DNA of 64,000 nt. It comes from Oscillospiraceae bacterium. Its GTDB lineage: Bacteria > Bacillota > Clostridia > Oscillospirales > CAG-272. Positions within the stretch are counted from its first letter, which is position 1; each line of letters starts with the position of its first letter. The translations under genes and the position numbers were made by a program. The stretch is taken from NCBI GenBank assembly GCA_015063625.1, contig SVTT01000003.1, positions 54,355 through 118,354 of the forward strand, in the 5' to 3' direction. The notes under the pieces were generated by a model. It was not told where the DNA came from. It saw only the letters and a list, made by a program, of their open reading frames with translations, and searched no databases. Shown here piece by piece: positions 29,269 to 39,260 of this stretch.

Positions 29269-29427
29269 TTACCATTCGGGCTCGTCCGGCAGGGCGGGAT
29301 CGCCCGGCTTGGCGGTCTGTCCGCCGCCTTCTCCCGCAGGAGGTGTGTCCACAGAGGAAACAAGGATATCACGAGGCATGATCCAAAAAATTTCAATTGT
29401 CGGCATACGGTACTCGTTTTTCATCAT
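29269..29427 (-). CDS. Small 52-aa peptide with a YxxPxxE...DIL motif
   Basis: Not in the ORF track. MMKNEYRMPTIEIFWIMPRDILVSSVDTPPAGEGGGQTAKPGDPALPDEPEW; RBS GAAGGAGGG; stop lies immediately before the terminator. Confidence 0.72.
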   Translation of the reverse strand: MMKNEYRMPTIEIFWIMPRDILVSSVDTPPAGEGGGQTAKPGDPALPDEPEW

Positions 29428-29455
29428 TTTCCCTCCTTCAGCGCCACAGCACCCA

Positions 29456-29881
29456 TCACTTGATGGCGACGCTCATATTTTTCATGCGCTCCATGGCAGA
29501 GCGAAAAACCGTCTTGTCGTTTTCGTGCGTGAGGCTTTCCTCGGCGATCTCCAACGGGATCCATTCGACCTCGGCGATCTCGCCCTCACGCGCCTTGATA
29601 TTGGCATCGGTGGTAAATGCCAGAAAATACACCACTTCCTTCATGACACCGGGTGTCGGGCTATAGGAAACCGTGGCGCGAAAATCCGAAATAATGGCAA
29701 TACGGGATGCCGTTTCCTCCATGACCTCACGCAGTGCGGTGGCGTATTCGCTCTCGCCCTCCTCCACGTGACCCTTTGGGAAGGAACGGTGTCCTCCCGC
29801 CTTATGACGGATCATCAACACAAAAAATTTTTCTCCCTCGCGGCGCACCACCAGTGCGCCGCAGGATTTTTCCCAGGTCAT
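29456..29881 (-). CDS. NUDIX hydrolase (Ap4A hydrolase-like)
   Basis: EKSCGA; Nudix box FPKGHVEEGESEYATALREVMEET. Confidence 0.9.
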   Translation of the reverse strand: MTWEKSCGALVVRREGEKFFVLMIRHKAGGHRSFPKGHVEEGESEYATALREVMEETASRIAIISDFRATVSYSPTPGVMKEVVYFLAFTTDANIKAREGEIAEVEWIPLEIAEESLTHENDKTVFRSAMERMKNMSVAIK

Positions 29882-29929
29882 TGAACAAAAGCCTCCTTTG
29901 ATCGGAAAACGCGTCAGGATGATCCGTCA

Positions 29930-32824
29930 TCACTGACGGATCTCCTCCATCACAAAGGCCTCCAGAATGTCGCCGACCTTAATATCGTTAAAGCGGTCAA
30001 GTCCCACACCGCATTCATAGCCGTCAGCCACTTCCTTGACGTCATCCTTGAAACGACGCAGCGACGAGATCTTATCCTCAAAGATCACCACACCGTCACG
30101 CACCACGCGGATCTGAGAGGCGCGGGTGATCTTGCCATCCTGAACATAGGAGCCCGCGATCATACCGACGTTGGGCACGTGGATGGTCTGACGCACCTCG
30201 GCGTGACCAAGCACGACCTCCTTGAACTTAGGCGCAAGCATGCCCTTCATGGCAGCCTCGATCTCCTCGATGCATTCGTAAATAATACGGTAGGTGCGGA
30301 TATCCACCTTTTGTCTTTCGGCAGAATCGATCGCGATCTTATCGGGACGGACGTTAAAGCCGACGATGATGGCGTTGGATGCCGCCGCCAGCATAACGTC
30401 GCCCTCGATGATGCCGCCCACCGCGGAGTGGATGACACGGACCTTGACCTCCTCGTTCGACAGCTTTTCGAGCGACTGCTTGACAGCCTCGGCAGAGCCT
30501 GCCACGTCCGCCTTTACGATGATGTTCAGCTCCTTGACGCCCTCCGAGATCTGTGCAAACAGATCGTTGAGGTTGGCACGGGCATTTGCCTTGAAGCCCT
30601 CCTCCTTCGCCTTGTCGCGGCGCTGGTCGGCAAGGGTTCTTGCCATGCGCTCGTCCTCGACGGCGGCAAACTCGTCGCCTGCCTCGGGAACCTCGGCAAG
30701 ACCGACGATCTCAACGGGAACCGAGGGCCCCGCCTCCTTAATGGTACGGCCGGTATGGTCGTTCATGGTACGGACACGGCCAACAGCGGTTCCTGCGATC
30801 ACGATATCGCCGCTGTGGAGCGTACCGTTCTGCACCAGCACGGTCGCCACGGGTCCGCGACCCTTATCCAGCTTGGACTCAATGATAATGCCCTTGGCGC
30901 GGCGGTCGGGATTCGCCTTCAGCTCCTTCATATCGGCAACCAGCAGCAGGCTCTCCAGCAGATCGTCAATACCCTCGTGCTTCAATGCGGAGATCGGCAC
31001 GCAGATCACGTCGCCGCCCCACTCCTCGGGAACGAGGTCGTACTTGGTCAGCTCCTGCTTAATGGCATCGGGGTTTGCACCCGGCTTATCCATTTTGTTA
31101 ATGGCAACGACGATGTCGATGCCTGCCGCCTTGGCATGATTGATCGCCTCGACGGTCTGGGGCATGATGCCGTCATCGGCAGCCACCACCAGGATGGCAA
31201 TATCGGTCGCCTTGGCACCGCGCGCACGCATGGAGGTGAACGCCTCGTGTCCGGGTGTGTCAAGGAAGGTGATATCTCTGCCGTTGATCTTGACGCGGTA
31301 AGCACCGATGTGCTGGGTGATACCGCCCGCCTCTCCTGCCGTTACGTTGGTATGGCGGATCGCATCGAGCAGCGAGGTCTTACCGTGGTCAACGTGACCC
31401 ATGACGCAAACGACGGGAGCACGGTCCAAGAGATCCTCTGCCTTATCCTCGCTGTCGTCAAACAGCTTCTCCTCGATGCTGACAACGACCTCCTTGGTCG
31501 CCTCGACACCAAGCTCGGATGCGATCAGGAACGCCGTATCAAAATCAATGGTCTGATTGAGGGTCACCATCATCCCCATCATCATCAGCTTCTTCACGAC
31601 CTCGGCGGGCGCGATCTTCATACGGGAGGCAAATTCGCTCACCGTGATCTCCTCGGGCAGCTGAACGTGAAGTGCCTGCTTGGTGGCGGGCGCGGATGCC
31701 TTTTTGGCATTCTTTTTGCCGGCGGTCATGGCATGCGTGCCCACCTGCTTCTTGAAGCGCTGATTGCCGCCGCGTGCATCACGCACGGCATCGGGCACAA
31801 AATTGTCAAGACGCTCATCGTATTTTGCAAGATCCACGCTGGAGCCGCGCATATCCACCACACGGGTGGCGCCCCTGCTCTTCTGTGCACCGTCACCGCC
31901 CTTGGGCGTCTGACCGCGCGTGATGACCTGAGGACGGAACTGCTCGCGGACGATGCGTCCACCCCCCTCATCCTTATCGCGGAAGCCGCCGTCACGGCGA
32001 GGTGCGCCGTGAGCTGCGGGACGTGCCGCGCCGCCGCGGTTATTGTTCTGAGGCTGACCTCCGAAGCTCGGCTTCATGCCGCCAAAGCTGCCGGCACGGC
32101 CAAAGCCTGTGCCCCCCTGGGGTACGCGGTCGCCCGCGCCTCTGTTGAAGGATGTGCCGCCCTGAGGTGCACCGTCATGACGGGATGCCTGAGGACGGGC
32201 GTCGGCACGGGGTGCGGCAGCGGCAGGCGCTGCGCCGCGCTGGGGCATGGTGGCACGCAGATTCTGCGGAATATTATAGGTACGCGGAGAGGGACGGGCG
32301 GGTGCCGCAGGTGCCGCCTTTTCGGCGGAGGGAGCCCTCTGCGGTGCCGTCGGCTCTTCTTTCTTCTCCTCGGGGGCAGCCTTGACAGGCGCCTCCTCCT
32401 TTTTCTGCTCTGCCGCCTTAGGCGCTTTCTGCACGGGGTTCTCTTTGGAGGGAGGGGTATCCTTGACAGCTTCGGTCTTCGGTGCGGACTTCACCCCGTC
32501 AGCTGCCTTTTCTTTCTGGTCTTTCGCCGCAACGGATGCGGATTCCTTCTGCCTTGCGGGCTTTTCCTCCGCCTTTTTTGCCGTTTCGGCGGGTGCTGCC
32601 TTTTCGGGCGCCTTTGTGGGAATATAGGTATCCCCAAAGAGATAGTCGTCAATGCCCGAAACCTGCTTGTTTCGCGTCAGCGCCTCAAACAGAATGTCAA
32701 ATTCGCGAGGCTCCAGTGCCTTTTGTGTCGTTTTGCACTCGATGCCCTTTCCGGTCAGTATTTCGGTAATGTCCTTGCTTTTGACACCGAGATCCTTTGC
32801 CAATTGTGCTACTTTAAAAGCCAT
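29930..32824 (-). CDS. infB: Translation initiation factor IF-2
   Basis: [35 protein letters not shown]. Start trimmed to MAFKV. Confidence 0.97.
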   Translation of the reverse strand: MAFKVAQLAKDLGVKSKDITEILTGKGIECKTTQKALEPREFDILFEALTRNKQVSGIDDYLFGDTYIPTKAPEKAAPAETAKKAEEKPARQKESASVAAKDQKEKAADGVKSAPKTEAVKDTPPSKENPVQKAPKAAEQKKEEAPVKAAPEEKKEEPTAPQRAPSAEKAAPAAPARPSPRTYNIPQNLRATMPQRGAAPAAAAPRADARPQASRHDGAPQGGTSFNRGAGDRVPQGGTGFGRAGSFGGMKPSFGGQPQNNNRGGAARPAAHGAPRRDGGFRDKDEGGGRIVREQFRPQVITRGQTPKGGDGAQKSRGATRVVDMRGSSVDLAKYDERLDNFVPDAVRDARGGNQRFKKQVGTHAMTAGKKNAKKASAPATKQALHVQLPEEITVSEFASRMKIAPAEVVKKLMMMGMMVTLNQTIDFDTAFLIASELGVEATKEVVVSIEEKLFDDSEDKAEDLLDRAPVVCVMGHVDHGKTSLLDAIRHTNVTAGEAGGITQHIGAYRVKINGRDITFLDTPGHEAFTSMRARGAKATDIAILVVAADDGIMPQTVEAINHAKAAGIDIVVAINKMDKPGANPDAIKQELTKYDLVPEEWGGDVICVPISALKHEGIDDLLESLLLVADMKELKANPDRRAKGIIIESKLDKGRGPVATVLVQNGTLHSGDIVIAGTAVGRVRTMNDHTGRTIKEAGPSVPVEIVGLAEVPEAGDEFAAVEDERMARTLADQRRDKAKEEGFKANARANLNDLFAQISEGVKELNIIVKADVAGSAEAVKQSLEKLSNEEVKVRVIHSAVGGIIEGDVMLAAASNAIIVGFNVRPDKIAIDSAERQKVDIRTYRIIYECIEEIEAAMKGMLAPKFKEVVLGHAEVRQTIHVPNVGMIAGSYVQDGKITRASQIRVVRDGVVIFEDKISSLRRFKDDVKEVADGYECGVGLDRFNDIKVGDILEAFVMEEIRQ

Positions 32825-32912
32825 ATTTCCTCCTTGTCTTCCGCCGTCCGTGCGGAACACCTTCCAAAGTTTGGTCGTGTTACCTGCTGCCCTTGGGCAG
32901 TGTCATCTCAAC

Positions 32913-33248
32913 TTAAGTTTCATCAAACAATGCACCGATCGCCGATGCAAGGTGCGGGTCGGTCACGCCGACAGCGGCAACCGCGCCCTCTCTTTTGCCG
33001 ACCGCCAACGCCAGCGCAGCGGTATCGACCTCAAGCCGAACCAGCCGTACGCCGTAATAGGCTGTGCGATCAAGTATACGCTTTTTCGTGTTGGGGGAAG
33101 CGTCACACGCGAGCGCTACCAGCAGCGGCGTTTTCCCCCGCGTCCCCTTTCGCATTGCCTCGCAAAGCAGGGGAACGCCGACGGTCAGTCTTCCCGCCCT
33201 TGCGGCAAAGCCGAGCAGCGAGAGTGCCCTTTTGTCATTCTCCCTCAT
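32913..33248 (-). CDS. ylxQ: L7Ae/YlxQ family RNA-binding protein
   Basis: LSLLGFAARAG, DASPNTKK, LALAVGK; conserved position before infB. Confidence 0.85.
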   Translation of the reverse strand: MRENDKRALSLLGFAARAGRLTVGVPLLCEAMRKGTRGKTPLLVALACDASPNTKKRILDRTAYYGVRLVRLEVDTAALALAVGKREGAVAAVGVTDPHLASAIGALFDET

Positions 33249-33516
33249 GTGCCGTCAGCTCGCTTTCCATGGCTGCAAAGACACCGTCCGGGATCTCGCA
33301 CTCAAGGCTTCGGGAAAGGCGTCTGGTGCGGCGCGCTTTTTCAAGGCAGGCAACATTCCTGCAAATATATGCGCCTCTCCCCGATTTTTTGCCGGTGAAA
33401 TCGAGCGTGACCTCACCCTCGGGGCTTCTGACCACACGCAGCAGCTCGCTCTTCGCACGCCGTTCATTGCAGCCAAGGCATTGACGCTCGGGGATCTTTC
33501 TCTTTTTTTGTTCCAT
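33235..33516 (-). CDS. ylxR: YlxR / RnpM RNA-binding protein
   Basis: PERQCLGC, KSELLRVVR, GRGAYIC. Confidence 0.92.
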   Translation of the reverse strand: MEQKKRKIPERQCLGCNERRAKSELLRVVRSPEGEVTLDFTGKKSGRGAYICRNVACLEKARRTRRLSRSLECEIPDGVFAAMESELTAHEGE

Positions 33517-33536
33517 TTCTAACACCGTTTACGGGG

Positions 33537-34577
33537 TTATTCTGCTTTAATATCGATCTTACAGCCGGTCAGTCTTGCGGCAAGACGGGCGTTAAGGCCC
33601 TCTCTGCCGATGGCGAGCGAGAGCTGCTCGGGCTCTACCAGCACGCGGCAGCTGCGCTCACCGGTCATCTCGACCGAAAGAACGCGTGCGGGAGCAAGTG
33701 CCGCGGCAACGAATTCCTCAATGCTCTCACTGTATTCGATGATATCGATCTTCTCACCGCGCAGCTCGTCAACGATGCCTGCGATACGCATGCCGCGGTT
33801 ACCGATGCACGCGCCGACAGGATCCACATCGGCATCACGGGAATAGACAGCGACCTTGCTGCGCACGCCCGCCTCGCGGGATACGCCCTTGATCATCACG
33901 ACGCCGTCGGTGATCTCGGGGATCTCCAGCTCGAACAGACGGCGAACCAATCCCGAATGAGAACGGGAAAGAGTCACCAGCGGTCCGTGTGCCTCCTTGT
34001 TGACCTCCATCACGAAGACCTTCACACGGTCGTCGACCGCAAATTCCTCTCCGGGGATCTGCTCGCTGCGAAGCAGAACGGCACGCCCCGTGCCCGTGTC
34101 AAGCACCACGTTGCCGTTGACGGGGTCGATCTTGCTGACGGTGGCAGTGATGATCTCCTCACGCTGGCTCTCGTATGCCTCCTGCATCACCTTGCGCTCA
34201 CCCTCACGGATGCTCTGAATGATGACCGACTTGGCAGCGGCGGCGGAAAGACGGCGGAAGTTTTCGGGCTTGACCTTGATCTCGATCAGCTGACCGAGGC
34301 GATAACGCTTGGAAAGCGCCTTGGCGTCCTCAAGCGAGATCTCCTGCTCGGGGTCTGCCACGGTTTCCACCACGGTCTTCTGCTGAAAGACACGCACATC
34401 ATCCTTTTCAAGGTCAAAGGCAATGCGCACGTTGGCGTTATTGCCGTACTCCTTATGATATGCCGAGACGAGAGCCGCCTCGATCTTTTCGATCATGTAC
34501 GCCTGGGGAATACCCTTTTCCTTTTCGAGGAGCTCGAGTGCTTTCACAAACGATTCCTTGCTGCTTTTACTGCTCAT
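33537..34577 (-). CDS. nusA: Transcription termination factor NusA
   Basis: S1 and KH domains; REAGVRSKVAV, DPVGACIG, LSLAIGREG. Confidence 0.95.
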   Translation of the reverse strand: MSSKSSKESFVKALELLEKEKGIPQAYMIEKIEAALVSAYHKEYGNNANVRIAFDLEKDDVRVFQQKTVVETVADPEQEISLEDAKALSKRYRLGQLIEIKVKPENFRRLSAAAAKSVIIQSIREGERKVMQEAYESQREEIITATVSKIDPVNGNVVLDTGTGRAVLLRSEQIPGEEFAVDDRVKVFVMEVNKEAHGPLVTLSRSHSGLVRRLFELEIPEITDGVVMIKGVSREAGVRSKVAVYSRDADVDPVGACIGNRGMRIAGIVDELRGEKIDIIEYSESIEEFVAAALAPARVLSVEMTGERSCRVLVEPEQLSLAIGREGLNARLAARLTGCKIDIKAE

Positions 34578-34633
34578 GGCTATATCCTTTCATAACTATG
34601 TTCGTCTTGTTGATGCGGTACCTTACGGCTCGG

Positions 34634-35101
34634 TCAGAATTCAAAAACCGTGGTCAGCTTTGCGATCCTGTCACGGGGAAAGCTTTGGAGCTCTCCCTCG
34701 ACCGTCAGCAGAACAGCGCCGCTCTCATCTCTGCCCTCCAAGATCCCGCAAAAGCTTTTTTTGCCGTCAACGGGTGCAAAGAGGCGCAGCTCCACCGTTT
34801 CCCCGAGCGAGGCATCGATGTGTGCATCGGTACGAAGCTCGCGCTCGATCCCGGGCGAGCTGACCTCAAGGTCGTAGGCGGTATCGATGGGGTCTGCCTC
34901 GTCAAGAAGAGGATCAATGGCGCGGTGCATCCGTTCACAGTCCTCGATGGTAACGCCCTCGTCGCTGTCAATGGTGACACGAAGAATACGGCGCGCACCC
35001 TCCTTGACAAACTCCACGTCCCACAGGATCAGTCCAAGCTCGCTTGCGGTAGGCTCGACCAGTGCACGGACGGCTTCCGCAATGTTCTTCACTCCTGCCA
35101 T
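34634..35101 (-). CDS. rimP: Ribosome maturation factor RimP
   Basis: EDCERM, YDLEVSSPGIEREL. Start MAGVK after AAAGGAG. Confidence 0.94.
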   Translation of the reverse strand: MAGVKNIAEAVRALVEPTASELGLILWDVEFVKEGARRILRVTIDSDEGVTIEDCERMHRAIDPLLDEADPIDTAYDLEVSSPGIERELRTDAHIDASLGETVELRLFAPVDGKKSFCGILEGRDESGAVLLTVEGELQSFPRDRIAKLTTVFEF

Positions 35102-35120
35102 GATTGCTCCTTTCTGATTC

Positions 35121-35152
35121 AAACAAGAGGAGCAGGTCCTGCAACCTGCTCC
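35121..35152 (-). promoter_or_regulatory. rimP leader attenuator hairpin
   Basis: GGAGCAGGT-tgcagg-ACCTGCTCC followed by TCTTGTTT, between the promoter and the rimP RBS. Confidence 0.6.
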
Positions 35153-35176
35153 ATCCCACATCTTCATACTGCAAGT

Positions 35177-35205
35177 AGTATACCATTCTTTTTCGCTTTT
35201 TGCAA
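35177..35205 (-). promoter_or_regulatory. Sigma-A promoter of the rimP-nusA-infB operon
   Basis: TTGCAA-17bp-TATACT with extended TG. Confidence 0.7.
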
Positions 35206-35306
35206 TAGGAAATCAAAATTTTTTTATTTTTTTTGCAAAGTTCCGCTTTTGAAAGCATTTTTGAAGCTCTTTCCTTGCATTTTTCACAAATCCTTCATCT
35301 AAACTG

Positions 35307-35335
35307 TTTACAACCATCATAAACTATGTTATAAT
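35307..35335 (+). promoter_or_regulatory. Sigma-A promoter of the yybS-gdpP-rplI-dnaB operon
   Basis: TTTACA-17bp-TATAAT with extended TG. Confidence 0.65.
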
Positions 35336-35376
35336 AATATAATAGCAAACTGTTTTAATCCTCGAAAGGAGCCGAC

Positions 35377-36552
35377 ATGAACCAAGGCGCACTCAACAAA
35401 AACGATATTCTCTGCTGGCGCGAGCTCACGGTCCTGCCCGACGGGGGCAAGCTTGCCGCCATCGGCGCGCTCAGCTTCTTCTCCTGCCTTGTGGTCCCGT
35501 TTTTGCAAAGCACGGGTGTCGCACTGCTTTATGCCCTCGCCTGTGTATTTTTCCTTTATACGCTTACCCACTCGATCGGCAGCATCCTCGTGCCCGCCCT
35601 GCCCGTTTTCCTGATCTACTATTTCACCTCCAGCATTCCGCTGACGGTGGGCTTCATCGCCATTCTGATGGGGGGCATGTCGGGCGCCTTTGTCATCCTT
35701 TGCTGCCGCAAGCACAAAAAGGACTACCTTTGGATGCTCGGCGCGGCGGCTGCGCTGCTGCTTGTGCTTTTGATGAAGGGAGATCCGCTGAACGCTCTGC
35801 TCGTGCTGCTTCCTCTGCCCGGTGCGCTGGCTGCCGCCCTTCTGTTCTGGCGCTGCACGCCTCACACCCCCTCGCTCCTGGTGATCGCAGGTGTCGTGTC
35901 AGCCACGCTGGCAACGGCGCTGGTCGTCACGCTTGCCGCGACGGACAACCTTACCGCAAATCCCCTCCTCCTGCTGGCAAACGGCATCTCGGATGCCGTG
36001 ATCGCCACCATGACTGAGGCGCGCGCGCTTTATGCCGAGCTTGGCATCAGCATTGCCATCTCGGATGCCGAGATCGCCGCCACCGCCGCCTCGATCGTCA
36101 ATCTCCTCCCGGGACTTTTCCTCGCGATCTCGACCGTCACGGCATTCTTCATCTGGCGCCTTTTCATGCAGCAGCTGCTGTATACCGGTGTGCTTCCCCG
36201 TCTGCCCATGCGTCTGGCGGTGCTCACGGTCAGCCCACTTGCGGCGGCACTCTTCATTCTTTCCTATCTCGTCGGACTCTTCGCGGGAGGCTCCGCCTCC
36301 ATGGCGGGCGCAGTTGCCGAAAACCTTGCCCTCGTGCTTGAGCCGGGACTGGCATTGGTGGGCATCTCGCACCTCTTTGGCAGAGGAAGACAGCGCGGAT
36401 GTCTTTCCACGCTCATTCTGTTCGGTCTGATGTATCTGCTCTGGGTCAACCCCATGACGGCATTTGCTCTCGGCGCCTTCTTTGGCGCGATCAGCATTCT
36501 CTTTGCCCGTTTTCTTCCCCACTCCAACCAAGACAACAAAGGAGATAAGTGA
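35377..36552 (+). CDS. Multi-pass membrane protein (YybS/DUF2232-like)
   Basis: Many TM segments; conserved position directly upstream of gdpP with a TGATG overlap. Confidence 0.75.
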   Translation: MNQGALNKNDILCWRELTVLPDGGKLAAIGALSFFSCLVVPFLQSTGVALLYALACVFFLYTLTHSIGSILVPALPVFLIYYFTSSIPLTVGFIAILMGGMSGAFVILCCRKHKKDYLWMLGAAAALLLVLLMKGDPLNALLVLLPLPGALAAALLFWRCTPHTPSLLVIAGVVSATLATALVVTLAATDNLTANPLLLLANGISDAVIATMTEARALYAELGISIAISDAEIAATAASIVNLLPGLFLAISTVTAFFIWRLFMQQLLYTGVLPRLPMRLAVLTVSPLAAALFILSYLVGLFAGGSASMAGAVAENLALVLEPGLALVGISHLFGRGRQRGCLSTLILFGLMYLLWVNPMTAFALGAFFGAISILFARFLPHSNQDNKGDK

Positions 36553-38738
36553 TGCAAAAACATTCCGAGCCAAGCTATCGCACAAGTGTCGCACTCCCCC
36601 TGCTGATCCTCTTTCTCTTAGGGCTGATCTTCTTCGGCACTTATATTGCCGCAGGGCACTTCTCGGCGGCGCCTCTTCCCGTCAGCAGAGCGCTGATCTT
36701 TCTCGGTGCATACGCTGCCACAGCACTCGTATCCTGTCTGTTCTTCCTTTTAAAGGAGCGCAAGCAGAGAAACGAACAGATCCTTTCCGAAACACTGAAC
36801 ACCAAAATGCACAATATGTTCAAATACGCGGTCGGACTTCCCTATGCCATCGTGGACGAGCAGGGACGCGTGCGCGCCATGAACAGCGCCCTGCAAAAGC
36901 TGCTCGGCATTGACGATCCCTTTTACCGCGGCTCGGTTTCGGATTTCTGCGGCGGTGTTTCGCTGCAGGAGATCGTTCGTGCGGGTATCAAGGGAGAGGA
37001 GTCCCGCACCGAGGTGGGCCGCCTGACGATGGACGCCATCCTCGCCGCCACCGACGACACGCAAAAAAGCGCTGAGCCCGTGCTGCGCAACATGGAGGAC
37101 GGCACCATTGTTTCTCTCTTTGAGGGGGGACGCTTCGTGGCGCGCGCCTATGCGGTAGAGCTCAACGAGCGCGTCAATTATCTCGTCACCTTTACCGACG
37201 CCTCCGAGCTACTCGATCTCAAGGAAAAAATGGACCGCGATATGCCCGCCGTCGCCTATATCGACGTTGACAACCTTGAGGAGCTGACCCAGTACACGCA
37301 TGTCAACTACCGTGACGCCTCGCGTCAGGTCGACGATATTCTCATCCAGTGGGCAGCGAGCCTCAACGGCTATCTGCGCGAATACGAGCGTGACCGTTAC
37401 GTTCTCTTCTTTGCACAGGAGAAGCTACGCCTTTGCGAGGAGGACCGCTTCAGCGCACTGCTTGACCGCATCAGGGACATCCGCCTTGGCGAATACGGCA
37501 TCCCCGTCACGGTTTCGGTGGGCATCTCGCTTGCCGACACCTCGATGGCAGAGCGCGCCAAGGAGGCAAGCTCGGCACTCGATATGGCATTGCAGCGCGG
37601 CGGTGACCAGGTTGCCGTGCGCCGCCGTGACGGTATTCGTTACTACGGCGGTCAAACCAGACCCTTCCAGCGCCGCACCAAGGTGCAGTCCCGCGTGGTC
37701 GCAAGCTATCTGCTCACCAAGATCTCGGAGGCGGATAACCTCCTCATTATGGGTCATCATAACCCCGACTTCGACTCGATCGGCTCCTGCGTAGGCATCG
37801 CGCAGTTCGGTCTTCTTGCAGGCGTCCCCACCAAGATCATCATGGATCTTTCCAACTCCAACTACCGCATTGCGACCGAGCGCCTGTGCGCCTCGCGTAC
37901 CTACAGCGAGATGTTCGTTTCGGCACACAAGGGGCTTGATCTGATCCGGTCGGGCACACTGCTCATCATCGTGGATGCCAACAACTTCAACATTCTCGAA
38001 TCCAAGGAGGTCGCCGACAACGTCAGGCAGGTGTCGGGCAAGATCGCCATCATCGACCACCACCGACAGACCGGCGAATATCACTTTGAGCCTGTCGTCA
38101 ACTACATCGACCCCAGTGCCTCCTCTGCCGCCGAGCTGGTGACCGAGATGCTGGAGCAGAGTGAAAACAGCTACAACGTGACCAGCGACACCCTGGTTTC
38201 GGACGAGGTAGCAAGCGTGATCCTTTCGGGCATCATGCTGGATACCAACGGCTTCACCCGTAACACGGGCAGCCGTACGCTGGATGCCGCCCGCTATCTT
38301 TACGGCAAGGGCGCCAATGCAGAGTACGTGCACACCTTCTTCAACCAGGACTACTCGGATTACGTCTGCGAGCGCAGCTTCTCAAGCTGCACACTGATGC
38401 ACGGAAACACCGTGGGTCTTACCTGGAGTCAGGGCACGGGCAGAGGCCCGGAGGACAAGATCGCCGCGGCGAAGGAGGCGGAGCGCCTTCTCAACGTCAA
38501 GGGCGTTTCGGCATCCTTCGCCCTTGTGGTCGTCAACAACGTGGTGCACATCTCGGGTCGCTCGGACGGCTCGGTCAACGTGCAGCTGATCCTCGAAAAG
38601 CTCGGGGGCGGCGGCAGATATGACTCGGCGGGCGCAGCCCTCTCCGACGTATCGCTTGACGCCACCATCAACGATCTGCGAGAGGCGATCGAGTCTTATT
38701 TTGAGGAATCCGAGGAAGGTCGCCGCAGTACGACCTGA
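36552..38738 (+). CDS. gdpP: Cyclic-di-AMP phosphodiesterase (GdpP family)
   Basis: Two TM segments, PAS-like region, degenerate GGDEF (RGGDQ), MGHHNPDFDS, IIDHH, DHHA1 domain; precedes rplI. Confidence 0.9.
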   Translation: MQKHSEPSYRTSVALPLLILFLLGLIFFGTYIAAGHFSAAPLPVSRALIFLGAYAATALVSCLFFLLKERKQRNEQILSETLNTKMHNMFKYAVGLPYAIVDEQGRVRAMNSALQKLLGIDDPFYRGSVSDFCGGVSLQEIVRAGIKGEESRTEVGRLTMDAILAATDDTQKSAEPVLRNMEDGTIVSLFEGGRFVARAYAVELNERVNYLVTFTDASELLDLKEKMDRDMPAVAYIDVDNLEELTQYTHVNYRDASRQVDDILIQWAASLNGYLREYERDRYVLFFAQEKLRLCEEDRFSALLDRIRDIRLGEYGIPVTVSVGISLADTSMAERAKEASSALDMALQRGGDQVAVRRRDGIRYYGGQTRPFQRRTKVQSRVVASYLLTKISEADNLLIMGHHNPDFDSIGSCVGIAQFGLLAGVPTKIIMDLSNSNYRIATERLCASRTYSEMFVSAHKGLDLIRSGTLLIIVDANNFNILESKEVADNVRQVSGKIAIIDHHRQTGEYHFEPVVNYIDPSASSAAELVTEMLEQSENSYNVTSDTLVSDEVASVILSGIMLDTNGFTRNTGSRTLDAARYLYGKGANAEYVHTFFNQDYSDYVCERSFSSCTLMHGNTVGLTWSQGTGRGPEDKIAAAKEAERLLNVKGVSASFALVVVNNVVHISGRSDGSVNVQLILEKLGGGGRYDSAGAALSDVSLDATINDLREAIESYFEESEEGRRSTT

Positions 38739-38800
38739 TTCGGGTGAAAACCGATATCACTCACATCAGTCACATATTCTGTATTTGAAAGGATAGCATC

Positions 38801-39247
38801 ATGAAAGTCATTCTCACCGCCGACGTCAAGGGACAGGGCAAAAAGGATCAGCTCGTGGAGGTCTCTGACGGTTACGCACGCAATTTTCTCTTCCCCCGCA
38901 AGCTCGCCATTCCCGCCAACAATCAGTCCATCAACGAGCTGAAGGGCAAGGAATCCGCAAAGCAGCACAAGATCGATACCGAGCGCGACACCGCAAGGAA
39001 GGCAGCCGCAAGGCTGGAGAGCATTTCGCTGACCTTTAAGGTCGGCGCGGGTGCCGACGGGCATCTCTACGGCTCGGTGACCGCCAAGGATATTGCCGAG
39101 CGTCTCCAGAAGGAGCACGGCATCACGGTCGACAAGCGCAAGATCTCCCCCTCCGATCCCATCAAGGCGTACGGCACCTACGAGCTGGACGTTCGCCTTT
39201 ATACCGACGTCACGGGCAAGATCCGCCTGACCGTCACCGAGCCGTAA
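38801..39247 (+). CDS. rplI: 50S ribosomal protein L9
   Basis: MKVILTADVKGQGKK, VSDGYARNFLFP, LYGSVT. Confidence 0.97.
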   Translation: MKVILTADVKGQGKKDQLVEVSDGYARNFLFPRKLAIPANNQSINELKGKESAKQHKIDTERDTARKAAARLESISLTFKVGAGADGHLYGSVTAKDIAERLQKEHGITVDKRKISPSDPIKAYGTYELDVRLYTDVTGKIRLTVTEP

Positions 39248-39260
39248 GGAGTCAACTTCT

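Noticed and set aside
31900-32620. Low-complexity Ala/Pro/Lys/Gly-rich stretch as a repeat or insertion
   Set aside because: Normal variable N-terminal region of IF-2.
30179-33484. 1101-aa plus-strand ORF opposite infB
   Set aside because: Shadow ORF with no recognisable domain, fully antisense to conserved genes.
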